From Mobula hypostoma (Eukaryota), in NCBI RefSeq assembly GCF_963921235.1, contig NC_086097.1, forward strand, positions 40,488,001 to 40,552,000: a stretch of DNA of 64,000 nucleotides, written 5' to 3'. The notes beneath the pieces were generated by a model. That model ran no database searches, was not told where the DNA came from, and worked only from the letters and a program-made list of their open reading frames with translations. How positions within the stretch are numbered: position 1 is the first letter of the stretch; every line of letters starts with the position of its first letter. Below are positions 50,537 through 62,935 of this stretch, piece after piece. The translations under genes were made by a program, and so were the position numbers.

Positions 50537-50832
50537 GGGGTGTCACAGTAATGTAACAGTTAGCATAACACTATTACAGCTTGGGGTGTCAGAGTTTGGA
50601 ATTCAATTCTGCCACTGTTTTGTAAAAAGTTTGTACATCATTCCTGTGAGCACATGGGTTTCCTCCAGGTGCTCTGGTTTCCTCTCACACTCGAAAGGAT
50701 GTACTGGTTAGTTGGTTAATTGGTCATTGTAAATTGTTCTCTGATCAGACTAGCGTTATTAGGTACATTGCCTGGTGTGGCTTATTGGACCGGAAGGACC
50801 TGGACTGCACTATATCTCTAAACTGAATTAAA
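50537..50832 (+). mobile_element. HE1/V-SINE
   Basis: Degenerate tRNA head, V-domain TGGGTTTCCTCCAGGTGCTCTGGTTTCCTCTCACACTC, GGTTAATTGGTCATTGTAAATT. Confidence 0.8.
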
Positions 50833-50849
50833 ATAAACTCATATAAGAA

Positions 50850-52100
50850 CGTTAGAACATAAGAAATCCATCATTGTTGATCATCTCATTCACTTTCATT
50901 CATGATCTGCATACCCCTTGATTCTCTTGGAGTCCAAAAATATGCTGATGTTAATTTGGAGTTTACACAATTTCGAACATCCACTGCCTTTTTCAGACAG
51001 ACTATTTTAAAAAAAAAATCTTAACCTGCTGAGTCCTAAATGCTCAATTCCTTTCCCTGAGACTAATGCTAGAAACTTAGTTCAAGGGATACAATCTTTA
51101 GAATGTGATACATTTCAATGAGATCACCTGTCATTCTTCTAAACTCCAGTATATATTGGCCTGTCATACTGTTTCTCCTTTTAAAATACCTTCCCAGGAT
51201 CGTTAGCAAAGTTTTATTGGTACTTACCTTCCAGTGAATTGTATATTCTTCCTTGGGGAAAAAAGACACAAGCTGCTCACAATAGTCCAGTTGTGGTCTC
51301 ACTATTATCCTTTGCAGTTGCGACCAAAGCTTGTTTACTTCTGTACTCAGACCTGCTTGTAAATAAAGGATAACACATCATTTATCTTCCTAATTGCTTG
51401 TCAAACTTGTATGTTGATATGCTGCTCTTCATGGATCAGCAGCCCAAGATCTCCAAAGCCCAACATTTATTAACATCTCACCATTGAGAAATTTATTTAC
51501 TTCTAATCATCCTACCAAAATGAATAACCTTGTACTTTCTCATATTGTGCTCCATACCCACTTATTGACTGTCTCATGTAAAATGTCTAATCTCTTTTCA
51601 GCTTTGTGTGCCTTCCTCATAAAATTCAGATTTTCAAATATGGTTTCCCTTTCAGAAAGCGATGTTAGCTCAGCCTTATTCTATTATGGTCTCATAAATG
51701 TTAGTTAATACATCTTTCATAATGGTCTCTAATTTTTATATAGCTCATGTTAGGTTAATAGGTCTGCACTTCCCTTTTTTTTTCTCTCGCCCTCCCTCTT
51801 GAATGATGGTCTTTCATTTGCTATGGAACAAATCCTCTATACAATTAACATGTCCATTAATTCTATGGCCAGCTCTTATGTTGTGATCCTTGTGGCCTAG
51901 ATCATCTGGTTAGAAAGATTTGTTGGCTTTTGATCTTTTTATTTTCTCCAATATTTTCTTTTCAATAATAAATCACTTTAATTTCATTGCATTCATGGGG
52001 CACTTTGTTTCTGCAGATTTGAATACTCTTCTCTGCAAATTTGAATGCATTTTTATTCCTTCAATTTGAAAACAAATGAAAAAAAAAGTTCGAACATGTT
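50850..52100 (-). mobile_element. Old CR1 remnant
   Basis: ORF 51069..51302 RPQLDYCEQ..LEFRRMTGDLIE. Confidence 0.75.
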
Positions 52101-52112
52101 TTTAAAATTTGA

Positions 52113-52673
52113 TGTTATGGCATCTCTGTAATGTAATGGCTTCTTTGCTGTTACCTCGGCAGTGAACATTACAATGTTTGGGTTATTGTTAGAGATGACA
52201 GGACTATTAGCCAATCAGGGATTGTTGTTTTGTCTTGTGATTCTGGAAGCAGTTGTTTTCACAGGCTTTTGGCCAGAGGGCAAGTGGGAGATGAAGAGAG
52301 AAGACGCGGATGAAGCGATTCGGTAGACCGTCAGACGGAACCGAGCGGGGGTCCGAAGATTGGTGACACTTGGAGGGGACTGATAGTAGAAGAAGAACTA
52401 ATGCATGAGCTCCAACTATTGTGCACAGACTGTTTAATAAGACTGGCGCCTTTTTTCTTTTATATTTTGTTTCTCCACTAACCAAATAGTCAAAGTAAGA
52501 GTGATAAAGTTTCATCGTTTAATCACATATTGTGTAGTCTTTATTATTTCGGGGTACTGTTTTGTAACAACGGACACCTTGTGCAGCATCCACCCAAACA
52601 AGATTTCTTAAGTTTGGCTGGGCAGGGGGTTATCACCCCCTTTATTAAGCTGCTAGGCGAAGCGAGTGTTTCA
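52113..52673 (+). mobile_element. Solo LTR
   Basis: TG...CA termini with perfect 4-bp TSD TTGA (52109-52112; 52674-52677); CCAAT box at ~52211. Confidence 0.75.
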
Positions 52674-53425
52674 TTGAAGAAAAATGTTTTTCTTCCATTT
52701 ATTTGTTTCCCATTAATTTTTTTCTCAACCCTCTGTCTGTGAGAGACTAATCTATATTTGCTTGAAGGTCTTTCACTAACTTTAAAAGATTTTGTTGAAT
52801 ATTTCCTTCAATTCAATCTCTACTTCCTATTGATCTTTCTCCTGGGGCTATCTGGCTGGTTTTAGGAACTTAACAATCCTCAGACTCACAACTCGACTTG
52901 GCAATATTTAAGCTTCTTTTAATATGATACAATTCATACTACCTTGCTCCAGTAATTCTGAAGACATCTGAAATATTGTTGCACTGAGAGATTCTAGGCA
53001 GTGCCAATAAAACTTTGATGTACAGGTTTCTCATCAATAAAGTGTTCAATTCTTAAAGCGTGAATTTTATATAGTAGTAGCAGTGTATCACGTGAGTCAA
53101 TAATGACCTTCTCCTAAGGGGTTGTCTATTGATGGGTCCTCAGCTGGCTATAGGGGTCAATCTGGGCTCTGGTACAGCATGGGCAACAGTAAGGGGTGGC
53201 TGGTATTAGAGGTTTGGTCTTTTGGTTGTACAGTGTCTCCTTTTGAAGCTGCCATTTGTTCCCTGCAACACAGAGGAGGTCATTCTCACATAAAGTTGCT
53301 CCACCTTGAACAGATTTCCTCCAGGTATAGCTATTAAATGGATCATCTTCCCAGTTTTTAGATGTAATGTTGAATTACTTCAAGCTTATTTTGATATTAT
53401 CTTTGAATCATCTATGTAACGTATG

Positions 53426-54685
53426 TGTCACGGTCCTGATTGGTTATTCCCTGGTTCCCTTTAAATTTCCTTTGTGTCACGATTGGGACCGTTGACTCCT
53501 TGTTTTCCTTTAATTCATTGTTTCTCCGTGTTTCTTGGGCTCTATAATTAAAGGCACTTGATTCTCAGCTGAACGGTCAGTATATAGTGTCCGGCTTACA
53601 GCTTCTCGGCGCTAGACCGTCACCTCACGTCACCGAAGCAAGTGCAAGCAAGTCACATCGCCGGGGCAAGTCAAGTCTTCTCCCCGAAGCGAGTGCCAGT
53701 AGGTCGCCTCTCCTCACTGGAGCCAGCCTGTCAAGTTACGTGCCTGAGCGAGCCCGCTATGCTACCACGCCGGAGCAGGTCCGTCAAGTTATCCCGATGG
53801 AGTGAGTCAAGAGTCATCGTCTGTAGTTCCGAGGCCGAGCTGAGAGCTTGACGCTACTTGGAGCCTCTTCGTGCCAAGATAAAGAACTGTCTATCATTGT
53901 GTGGTTTTGTCTCTTCGTGTCTTCGCCTCCACTGGGTAGGCCTGGCCGCTTGCCGCTACCCTGAGTTGAGAACTGTCTCTTCGTGTCCTCATCGCTGCTG
54001 GGTAGGTACGGCCGTTTGCTGCTACCCTGAGTGGAGATCTCTCTTTGTGTTCTGTGTTCTGTGTCCTGTAACCAAGGAAGAGTCCCGGCTCTGTGTCCCA
54101 TGTCCAGGGAAGAGTCCCAAGTTCCGGCTCTGTGTCCTGTGTCCAAGGAAGAGTCCCAAGTCCCAGATCTGTGTCCCGTGTCCAAGGAAGAGTCCCAAGT
54201 CCTGGCTCTGTGTCCCGAGTCCTAGGAAGAGTCCCAAGTCCTGGCTCTGTGTCCCGAGTCCAAGGAAGAGTCCCAAGTCCCGGCTCTGTGTCCCGTGTCC
54301 AAAGAAGAGTCCCAAGTCCCGGCTCTGTGTCCCGTGTCCAAGGAAGAGTCCCAAGTCCCGGCTCTGTGTCCCGTGTCCAAGGAAGAGTCCCAAGTCCCGG
54401 CTCTATGTCCCGATGTTCTGCGTTCCAAGTCCCAAGCCAAGTCCAAGTCCGGGCCCCGAGTCCCAGACCAAGCCCAGGCTCTGAGTCCCAGTCTAAGTCC
54501 AGGTTCCGAGCCCAACTCCAGCCACGCATACTCCTGCTTCAGCTTCATTCACTCCTTGATGTCTCTCTGTACAATCCTTGCTTCCCTGCTTTCTTAGTAA
54601 CTATTAATAAACTCTATTTTTGTTAACGCTACAAAACGTGTTTGTGTCCTGGATTTGGGTTCACCCGTACTCTGCACTTGTGACA
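53426..54685 (+). mobile_element. Solo LTR / LTR-like element carrying a minisatellite
   Basis: TGTCAC...GTGACA termini, 5-bp TSD GTATG (53421-53425; 54686-54690), TATATA ~53581, AATAAA ~54607. Confidence 0.85.
54072..54412. repeat. 39-bp minisatellite, ~9 copies
   Basis: Unit CCAAGGAAGAGTCCCAAGTCCCGGCTCTGTGTCCCGTGT. Confidence 0.95.
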
Positions 54686-57600
54686 GTATGGATCTATTTC
54701 TATTAGAGTAATGACACCCTTTGCATTATTTATGGACTGATAACATACCTGTGCACATTGATCTGTTGTCTATGCATGCCCATTGATCTTTTCTCTCACT
54801 GAAATGTGTATACACCAATTAACGCCACCCCCACAGGCGTGCTTTTTTTTTAATTGATATGTAGTTGCGCAGATGCAACTAATTGGTGATGAGTGCAAAC
54901 CTGGATGTTAGTGAATATTGCCAACTGCACCAACAGTTACAGAATGACATAATTTGGATGAAAGGAGAGAGACAGTGAGAGGAAAGAATTAAACAGTATG
55001 GAGAAGATCATCACGGGTGTTAACAAAGGGACACGGGTAATAGCGCATGGTACATAGTGAGAGACACATAAGTAACAAAGTTAAAGTGATCATAGTTGGG
55101 AAAGTTGACAAATTTGATAGAGCTAATGAGGTCTGGGAATTGAATATTAAGAGGGTTAAACTGTGTTGTAATGTGAGCAGTGTGGATGAGGAAAAGAAAA
55201 GCTCCACACTCCTGAGCTTAATGGGTGCTAAAATGTACAGGCTCTTACACAACCTAGTAACTCCTGAAAAGCCAGCAAGCAAGACTTTTGATGAAATTGT
55301 TACAATTTTACAAAATCACTGAGCCCTAAACTGCTGGTAATAGCTGAGAGACTTAGATTTCATGAAAGGAACTAGTCAAAGGATGAACACATTTCTGAAT
55401 ACATTGTAGAACTGTGCAAACTGTGATGTTAGAGATGGACTTTCTGATGCATTAAAAAGGACAGGCTTGTACGTGGCACGCATAGTCAAAACACTCAAAA
55501 GAAGCTGCTGTTAGAAAGAGACATAACAGGCATTTACCATTGCAATATCATTAGAAACTACAGCAAAGGAGGCAACAGAACTACAAAAAAAGAGTTTAGA
55601 ATGTGAAAATACAGAATGACTCTGAATGGTGCACAAAGCCAAAAATGTTATCAATGTGGCAGATCCTCCCATGATGCAAATGACTGCTGGTTCAAAGAAA
55701 AAGTTTGCAGAAAGTGTCACAGACAAAGTCACATCAAGAGTGTGTGTAAGTCAGACTAAGAGCACAACCAAAGAGTAAAAAACACAGAGTTTCAAACGCA
55801 AAACTAAACAAATGCATAAAGTGACTTAATGTGCAATTGAATCAGAAAACACAGAGTCTGACAAAGGTGAGCTGTTATGCCAAGAACTGTGTGGTATTAC
55901 TGAAGCAGATTTCAAAATAATATATATCATAATAGATGTGTCTGGTCTGAAACTGAAAATGGAGCTAGATACAGTGTCAGCTTTGTCTATAATTTCAGAG
56001 TTGGACTACAGAAGATTGTTTTCTAAGCTGCAATTAGAAAAAGGCCTCAGTGATGCTAAAGACATACACAGGCAAAAAAAGTGTCTCCCAAAAGCAAAAT
56101 GGAGGTAAATGTGACATATGCAGGCAAAACACAGCAGTTGGAGCTATATCTGTCGAAAACTGGAGGGCCAACACTTTTTGAACATGAATGGTTGAGAAAA
56201 ATCCAACTAGACTGGCACACAATGGAAGTTCTCAATGTGTCATCAACAGACAACTGCAGCCCAAACAATTACTACAGATTATCACAGCTACTTAATGCTA
56301 ATGAAAAGGTGTTTGAGAAGGGTATTTGTAAACTCAAAGGCATGAAGACCAGAATTGAACTGGATGAAGCAGCAACACCAAGATTTCATTAAGTGTGTTG
56401 AGTGCCTTACGTACTGTGTCCTAAAGTGGATGCTGAACTGTAGAGTTTGGAGGCATCTGGCATTCTCCAAAGTTGATTGGAACAGTTGGGCCACAAGCAT
56501 CGTCTCAGTGATTAATAAAAAGGCCAGAGGTGTTTCCATATTTGGGATCTTCAAAGTGAGTATCAACTCAGTGCTGCATACATTGCAGTCTCCCCTTCTA
56601 TGAATAAAAGACATTTTTGTGTCCTTGGCAGGGTGGGAGAGGTTTCCAAAGATTGACTCATCACAAGCCTATCTGCAAATGGATTTGAGGAATCAAGCAG
56701 GAAGTTCTTCACAATCAACACTCACAAAGAACTTTTGCAGTATCATCATCCCATTTTTGGCATTGCATCAGCTCCAGCAATTTGGCAAAGAGCAATGGAC
56801 CAAGTGTACAAGATAACCCAGGAATGCAATGTTACCTTGATAACATCATTGTGAATGTTAAGAATGATGAAGTGTACCTCCAGAACCTTGGCAAAGTGTT
56901 TACCTGGTTGAGTGAGTATGGTCTGCAAGCAAAAAGAGAGAAATGTAAGTTTTTCAAGAATGAAATCTCATATTGTGAACTTGTCATTGACAAGCATGAC
57001 TTACACAAGTCACAAGAGAAGATTAAATTAGTGCTGCAGGCACCCAAATCAGAAAATGTGTCACAACTCAGGTCATACTTGAGCCTTCTAAACTATTACC
57101 ACCAGTTTCTCTCAAACATTGCTACAGTGCTGCATCTATTGAATACACTGTTACGGACAGGAGCAAAGTGGGAATTGTCAGAAAGACCTGAAAGAGCATT
57201 TGAGGAAACAAAGAGACTAATAACATCTAATGAACTGCTCGCCCATTATGACCCATCCCTGCCTATCAGACTGGCACATGATACATCCCCTTATTGGCAT
57301 TGGGCCATCTTGTCACACATTATGAAAGATGGATCTGAATGTCTGATTACATTTGCTTCAAGATCACTGATGAGCACAGAATGCAAGTACTCACAGATTA
57401 ACCGAGAGGCCCTGAGTCTAATATGGGGAATAAAGAAGTTCCATCACCACCTCTATGGACAAAAGCTTACTCTAGTGACAGACAACTAGCCCATTGTGTC
57501 CATTTTTAATCCCAGGAAGGGAATCACAGTGATGACTGCTACCCAGTTGCAATCTTGGGCACTATCGAGGAGCCCACTCTCATGACATAGTGTTTAAAGG

Positions 57601-58778
57601 CACCAAACAACACAGCAATGTGGACAACTTGTCATGTCTTCCACTGTTGGCAACAGAAGAGGAAAAATCTTCACTCTGTGACCCAACAGAGGTGTTCCAC
57701 ACAACACTGGTGAACCAGTTGCCAATAACAAATTCTGAAATACAAGAAGAAACAAGAAATGACCTAACATTGTCAGAAGTATGAAAACACAATGCAACGA
57801 TGGCCAGCTCATGGTAATCCTATGTTTCTAAAGCTCTCCATGAGAGGAGACCAGCTGTATGTGTGTCAAAGAACGCTGATATGTGGATCTTATGTTGTGG
57901 TTTTCTCCAAACTGTGCACCAGGGTGTTAGAAATTCTGCATGAAGGACACCTGGCTACAGTCAAGATGAAGAGTCTTGTCTGGAGCTACGTTTGGTGGCT
58001 GGGAATAGAGACACAAGTTGAAGACTTAGCCAAAAGCTGTTCAGGATACCACTAAATTCAAAATGTATGCCCACCAACACCACACAGTGGGAGTGGCCGT
58101 CTTCACCATGGCGAAGAGTTCATAGCGACTTTGCTGGGCCATTCATGAACTCCATTTTTCTGATTGCTGTAGGTGTTCATTCGAAGTGGCCTGAAGTCAT
58201 ACCAATGAAGTCAACCACATCAGAGAAGACTGTTTCTGCTCTGAGGATTAACTTCTCCAGAAATGGCTTACCAGAACAACAGACCACAATACATGTCAGA
58301 AGGGTTCTGACTGTTCATGAAGAAAAATGACATCAAGTCAGCTCCTCAACATCCAGCAACAAATGGGTGGCTGAAAGGTTTGTCCAAGCCTTCAAGAAGT
58401 CCATTAAAGCTATGAACAAGGAGAATATTTCTCTACAACAGAAGGTGGACAACTTACTTTTTGTGTGCAACTGTTCATGTGATGCCAAATCAAACACCTG
58501 CAATGCTGTTCATGAGCAGGAATCTGAGATCTCACATAGACCTCCTGAAACCAGATCTATGGAGAGAAGTGCAGAAAAAGCAGTTCAGGCAGTTGCCAGG
58601 TAAATAAGCAAGGATCTTCAAGATTGGACAGGAAGTCCTATTGTGTGATTACTGAGAAGACAAGTGGACACCCGGTGGGAGAGCTACAAGAACTGGACCA
58701 CTGATGTACACAGTGGATGTTGAAGATCATACATGGAGACATCATGTGGATCAGATACTGGATGCTCAGCTGAAGAAT

Positions 58779-60150
58779 ATGGTGTGTATATGGTGAAGGA
58801 GTAGTGGTCCACCTTCCTTGAGGATCTCTGCTGGTATCCCATCAGGACCAATGGTTTTGTTGCATTTCAGGCTCCTGATGACATCATGTACCTATTTCAT
58901 ACAGGAGGTTCTCCCATTTCTTCTTTCACAGGTCTCTGGAGGATTTGATTAGTAATCCCTGGTTCAGCAGTGCTGCTACAGTTAAGAGGTTCTTGAAAGT
59001 CCTCTCTTCATCAATCGCTGATATCCTTCCAAACTTTTAACAAATTCTTTCTGTCCTTTGAGTGTAGGAGGGTTATCTGCAGGAAACTGGACCATTAACC
59101 TGCTTTGGTGAAAAAGCCTTGCTTGTCACCAGAGTCTCCCAGTGTCTGGGTTTTCAGTCCTCCAAGAATTCTTTAGTTCCCTTACCTTCTGCTAGACATT
59201 TGGCTTGCGTTTGGAATACACTTCTTTTGTGGCCTTTCTTCCAAGCACAAAAGTCTCTCCTTTTCGGAAGATAAGTTATTCTATCTCCATACCATTATCA
59301 TCAAACCAGTCCTGATGTTTATAAATATCAGGACTGGTGGATTTAAGCAGACTCCAGTGTCGTTGATATCCTCCTGATATTCCATTAGGAGGTTTTCCCC
59401 AACTGAGATCTGAAGATGCTGTTGTGTGGCAGTATCTAGCAGGCTCTCAAGCTGCTTCTAATGAACCCTCCTCTTTTTTAGGAGTGTGATGGACATGGTG
59501 GAGCAGATCAGGCGATGATCTGTCCTGCATTCATATGTGTCAATCATGGCCTTTGTGATATTTACATCATGCCAGTCCTTAGCTTGGACAAAAACATAGT
59601 CAATGAGATGCTACTATTTAGATTGGAAGTACTGCCAAAATGCCTTTAATTTGTTTTTCTGGTGGAAAGGAATGTTTATGATGATATTATTGTGCACAGC
59701 ACATACGGAGAAAAATCGTACTGCATTCAAGTTGATGCCTTCCTTTCCTATAATACGCCTCCAAAGGTTGAAGTCCCGACTGACCCTGGCATTCAAGTCC
59801 CCTAAAAGAATTTTCTTATTCTTCTTGGGGATGCTTGACAATGTCACATCTAGGCAAGTGCAGAAGGCTTCTTTTTCATACTCATGTGAGTCCAGAGTTG
59901 GTGCGTAAGCCATAATGACAGTTGCCATCTGGCTGTTGGCACGCATGAAATGGATCATCATGACATGTTCAGTGATCCCCATGGAAAGTTCAGAAGTTGA
60001 CTGTCAAGTTATTTCTTTATTGCAAAGCTAACACCATGGATTCTAGGCTCATCCGCACCTTCCCTTTCCAGAACAAGGTGCAACCACCTTTCTTCTCCCT
60101 CAGTTACCCTTGTTCTTCCAAATGAGTTTCAGAAAGGGCAGCTAGGTCAT
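58779..60150 (-). mobile_element. RTE-clade LINE fragment (endonuclease to start of RT)
   Basis: AYAPTL..EKEAF..ILLGDLNARV; TDHRLI; GPDGIPAEILKEG. Confidence 0.88.
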
Positions 60151-60699
60151 TTGATGTAAATTACATTGAGACACATGCATGTTTACTATTTTATTTTGCA
60201 GCTTTTTAGTTCTTGGTTCCTAGACTGTGATTTTCATGCACTGCCTGAATATATTTATTCCATCTATTTGTTCTTCATTAACTTTTCTCTATTCCTTCTC
60301 TGTGAAAAACAAATTTATATTTGCTTGCTGATCCTTCACTAACTTTAAAAGATTTTGTTAAGTATTTCCTTCAATTCAATCTCTATTATTTATTGATCCC
60401 TCTCCTGGGGCCCTCTGTTTGGTTTCAGGAATTTACAAATGCTCAGGCACTGGTGATGGTAGGTTGCTGGCTAGTATATTGAGGAGGTAGAAGAGGAGAA
60501 TGGGGCTCCCAATGGTTGTGTTGGTACTTCTGAATTGGATGGTGCTGATTTCTGTTCTGCTATCATTGTGAAAATCCAGAGAGGGATGTACGATGATTAT
60601 AAGTGGTCTGGAGGCAAGACCAACCACACTGATGTTCTGTAGAGAAGTGCCTGAATACCCTGGCCAAGTGCTTTACTGTGAACCTTTCTTACAGTTTAA

Positions 60700-61460
60700 C
60701 CTTAAGTGAATCATATTTTAGCCTCTTCAATGACTTCAGAATTCTCCAACTTTATTAAGTCCTCATTCTTCAGCTCACGAAAGCAGAGTTCCTGCAAAAT
60801 TTTGATATTATCAATTTCCACCTCAAGCTTCAGTTGATAAATCGTCATGACAACCTTATTGGACTTTTCATAGGCTTCTTCTAAAGCCCTTAAAACTGTT
60901 TACAAACTGTTAACTCACTCATTCCCCTAACTTTTTCCAAAATCATTGACTCAGTCTCTGCCCAGGATGCTGCAAAGTTCTTGAAGGCCTTGTAGATATT
61001 ACAGTGATTCCAAAATTTCTTCATGATCTTCCTATTCTCCTCTTGTACACCTTGAGCAAACATCCTGCGTAGGTAGATGGCCTTTTTTTGTTGCATTAGC
61101 CCCTTGGTTCATCAATTGAAATGTTGAGGTTGTGTGTGATGGCATATGCACAATTTTAATGTCTGGGTGATAATCACTTTGCTGGTAGGATGTTCATGGG
61201 CACTGTCAAGAATCAGCTAGATTCTGAAGATTATTCTTTTGGTCTGGTAATAGTTCTATCACTGAGGGATCAGCTATTGTCTGGTTAGACACTCATACAA
61301 CCAGATGTGAGTACATTCTAATCTCTTTCAAGTATAGTACACTGGAAAAAGCCTCAGATTGCCCCATCTGGATTGCCAGCTAGCCCTACTGATAGGGTTG
61401 GCCGGTTCTTAGCAACTTTAAATTCAGACATTGATTTCTCACCATTCTATTTGCAGTGTG
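60700..61460 (-). mobile_element. Tigger/pogo transposase remnant
   Basis: LILDSAHEHP, HTTSTFQLMNQG, KAIYLRRMF..KKFWNHCNIYKAF. Confidence 0.75.
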
Positions 61461-61540
61461 CCCATTCTCATCATAATTATGTACTCATTCAGGCAAAGAA
61501 ACCTGGTCACAAATAATCTGGGTGTTATATAATCCTGGAG

Positions 61541-62806
61541 CAGTGGTTCCAAAGTGGGTGAAATCACACCCCTCCTGGAACAGTGGGGGTTTCTAAGGGA
61601 GCAATAAAGATAGAAGAGACAGCGGGGGATAGTTTGGTAACAAGAGGGATTACAGGCTTATTTTAATAATTTAATTACTCATTTGATCCTTTGTGCCTCA
61701 AAGAGAGCATTTTGATGGGCTGCATCACTGTCTGGCACGGCGGTGGGAGGTGCTACTACGCAGGACTGAAATAATCTACAGAAAGGTGTAAAATTAGTCA
61801 GCTCCACCATTGGTACTAGCCTCCATAGCATCATGAAGGAGCGATGCCTCAGAAAACCGGCGTCCATTATTAAGGACCACCAACAACCCAGCACATGCCT
61901 TCTCATTGTTACCATCAGGAAGGAGGTACAGAAGCCTGAAGGCACACACTCCGCGATTCAGGAACAGCTTCTTCCCCTCTGCCATCCAATTCTTAAATGG
62001 ACATTGAACCCATCAACACTATCTCACCCTTCTTTAATTATTTCTTTTTTTGCTATATTTTTAATTTAACTGTTTACTATACATATCAATACTTATGGTA
62101 TATCATTTTAAAACTTTTCTTCTATGTATCATGCATTGCATTGTACGACTGCTACTAAGTTAACAAATTTCATGACATATGCCTTTGGAATTAAACCTGA
62201 TTCTGATCACATGATTAGCTCATCACTTGCAAACTCACTATTCTTTTAGACTTTGCTTGAAGTGAATTAGAGTTGTTGTAAAGCAATCTGACACTTCTGT
62301 ATTTGGCATATCATGAGGAATCTGGATGTTATTGCTGTTCACCACTGCAGTAAATTGTTAGCTAGTATAATTCCCATACTCTAACCATGCAGTGATACAA
62401 CTCCTGTGAATTAGAGTATCCAAGGCTTAGAGTTAGAATTAGAGTTCAATGGGATAACGTCAGAATCTGGTTTTTCGAATGGTCTTGACAGCATTTCTCT
62501 GGCCTATGGTTCAACCAAGATAATGCTCCCCATTTTATGTAACTTCAGGCGGAGTCAGGTTTTGCCTGAGCTGTTATGAAGTCAGAACGTTCTCCATTAT
62601 TGACCAGTGTGCCCAAGGTTGGATTTAAACAATATACAATTGACCCTGGTTGTTAATTCATAACAAAAATGGCAGAAACAAACCAAACAAAAAGTAAGTA
62701 TAGTCAGCATTAGTGTGGAATATTTCAGTATGAATTTATACCAGCACCAAGCAACCAACGGCAGCCAATGTGTGTGAAAAAGTTTCTCAAATGAGGCTTT
62801 GTAGCC
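61541..62806 (+). mobile_element. hAT (Charlie/Buster-like) left end and transposase start, interrupted by a Rex1 tail
   Basis: CAGTGGTTCCAAAGTGGG terminus; from 62669 MAETNQTK..S(V)EY..FIPAPSNQRQPMC..SNEAL, BED-finger-like with frameshifts. Confidence 0.6.
61700..62208 (+). mobile_element. Rex1/Babar-type 3' end
   Basis: ESILMGCITVW, ERCLRKPASIIKD; AAACCTGATTCTGAT tail. Confidence 0.75.
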
Positions 62807-62935
62807 AATGGTTCAATGGTTCAATTTAATATCAGCAAATGAATACTTATTCTTCAAGGACATCCACAAAACAGAAATAAAACCAAGAAAACATAAGAAC
62901 CCCAAACCCCATCCCTCCTGTGCACAAGCAGCAGA
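62807..62935 (-). mobile_element. 3' end of non-autonomous element (family of 39312-40155)
   Basis: (AACCATTG)n tail and shared motifs. Confidence 0.6.

Larger units (their letters stand above)
53415..58778 (+). mobile_element. Decayed Ty3/Gypsy retrotransposon (5' LTR remnant, PBS, gag-PR-RT-RH-IN), 3' end missing; 5' boundary uncertain
   Basis: PBS-like TGGTGATGAG 54884; two CX2CX4HX4C knuckles 55646-55747; MELDTVSA; CYLDNII; LAHDTSPY; LHEGHL; WRRVHSDFAGP; many stops/frameshifts. Confidence 0.92.

Noticed and set aside
53814..54626. Overlapping ORFs up to ~200 aa on both strands
   Set aside because: Artefact of a 39-bp repeat inside an LTR
55047..58603. Domesticated or active Gypsy gene
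   Set aside because: Numerous stops and frameshifts; catalytic motifs altered (DTV, YLDN)
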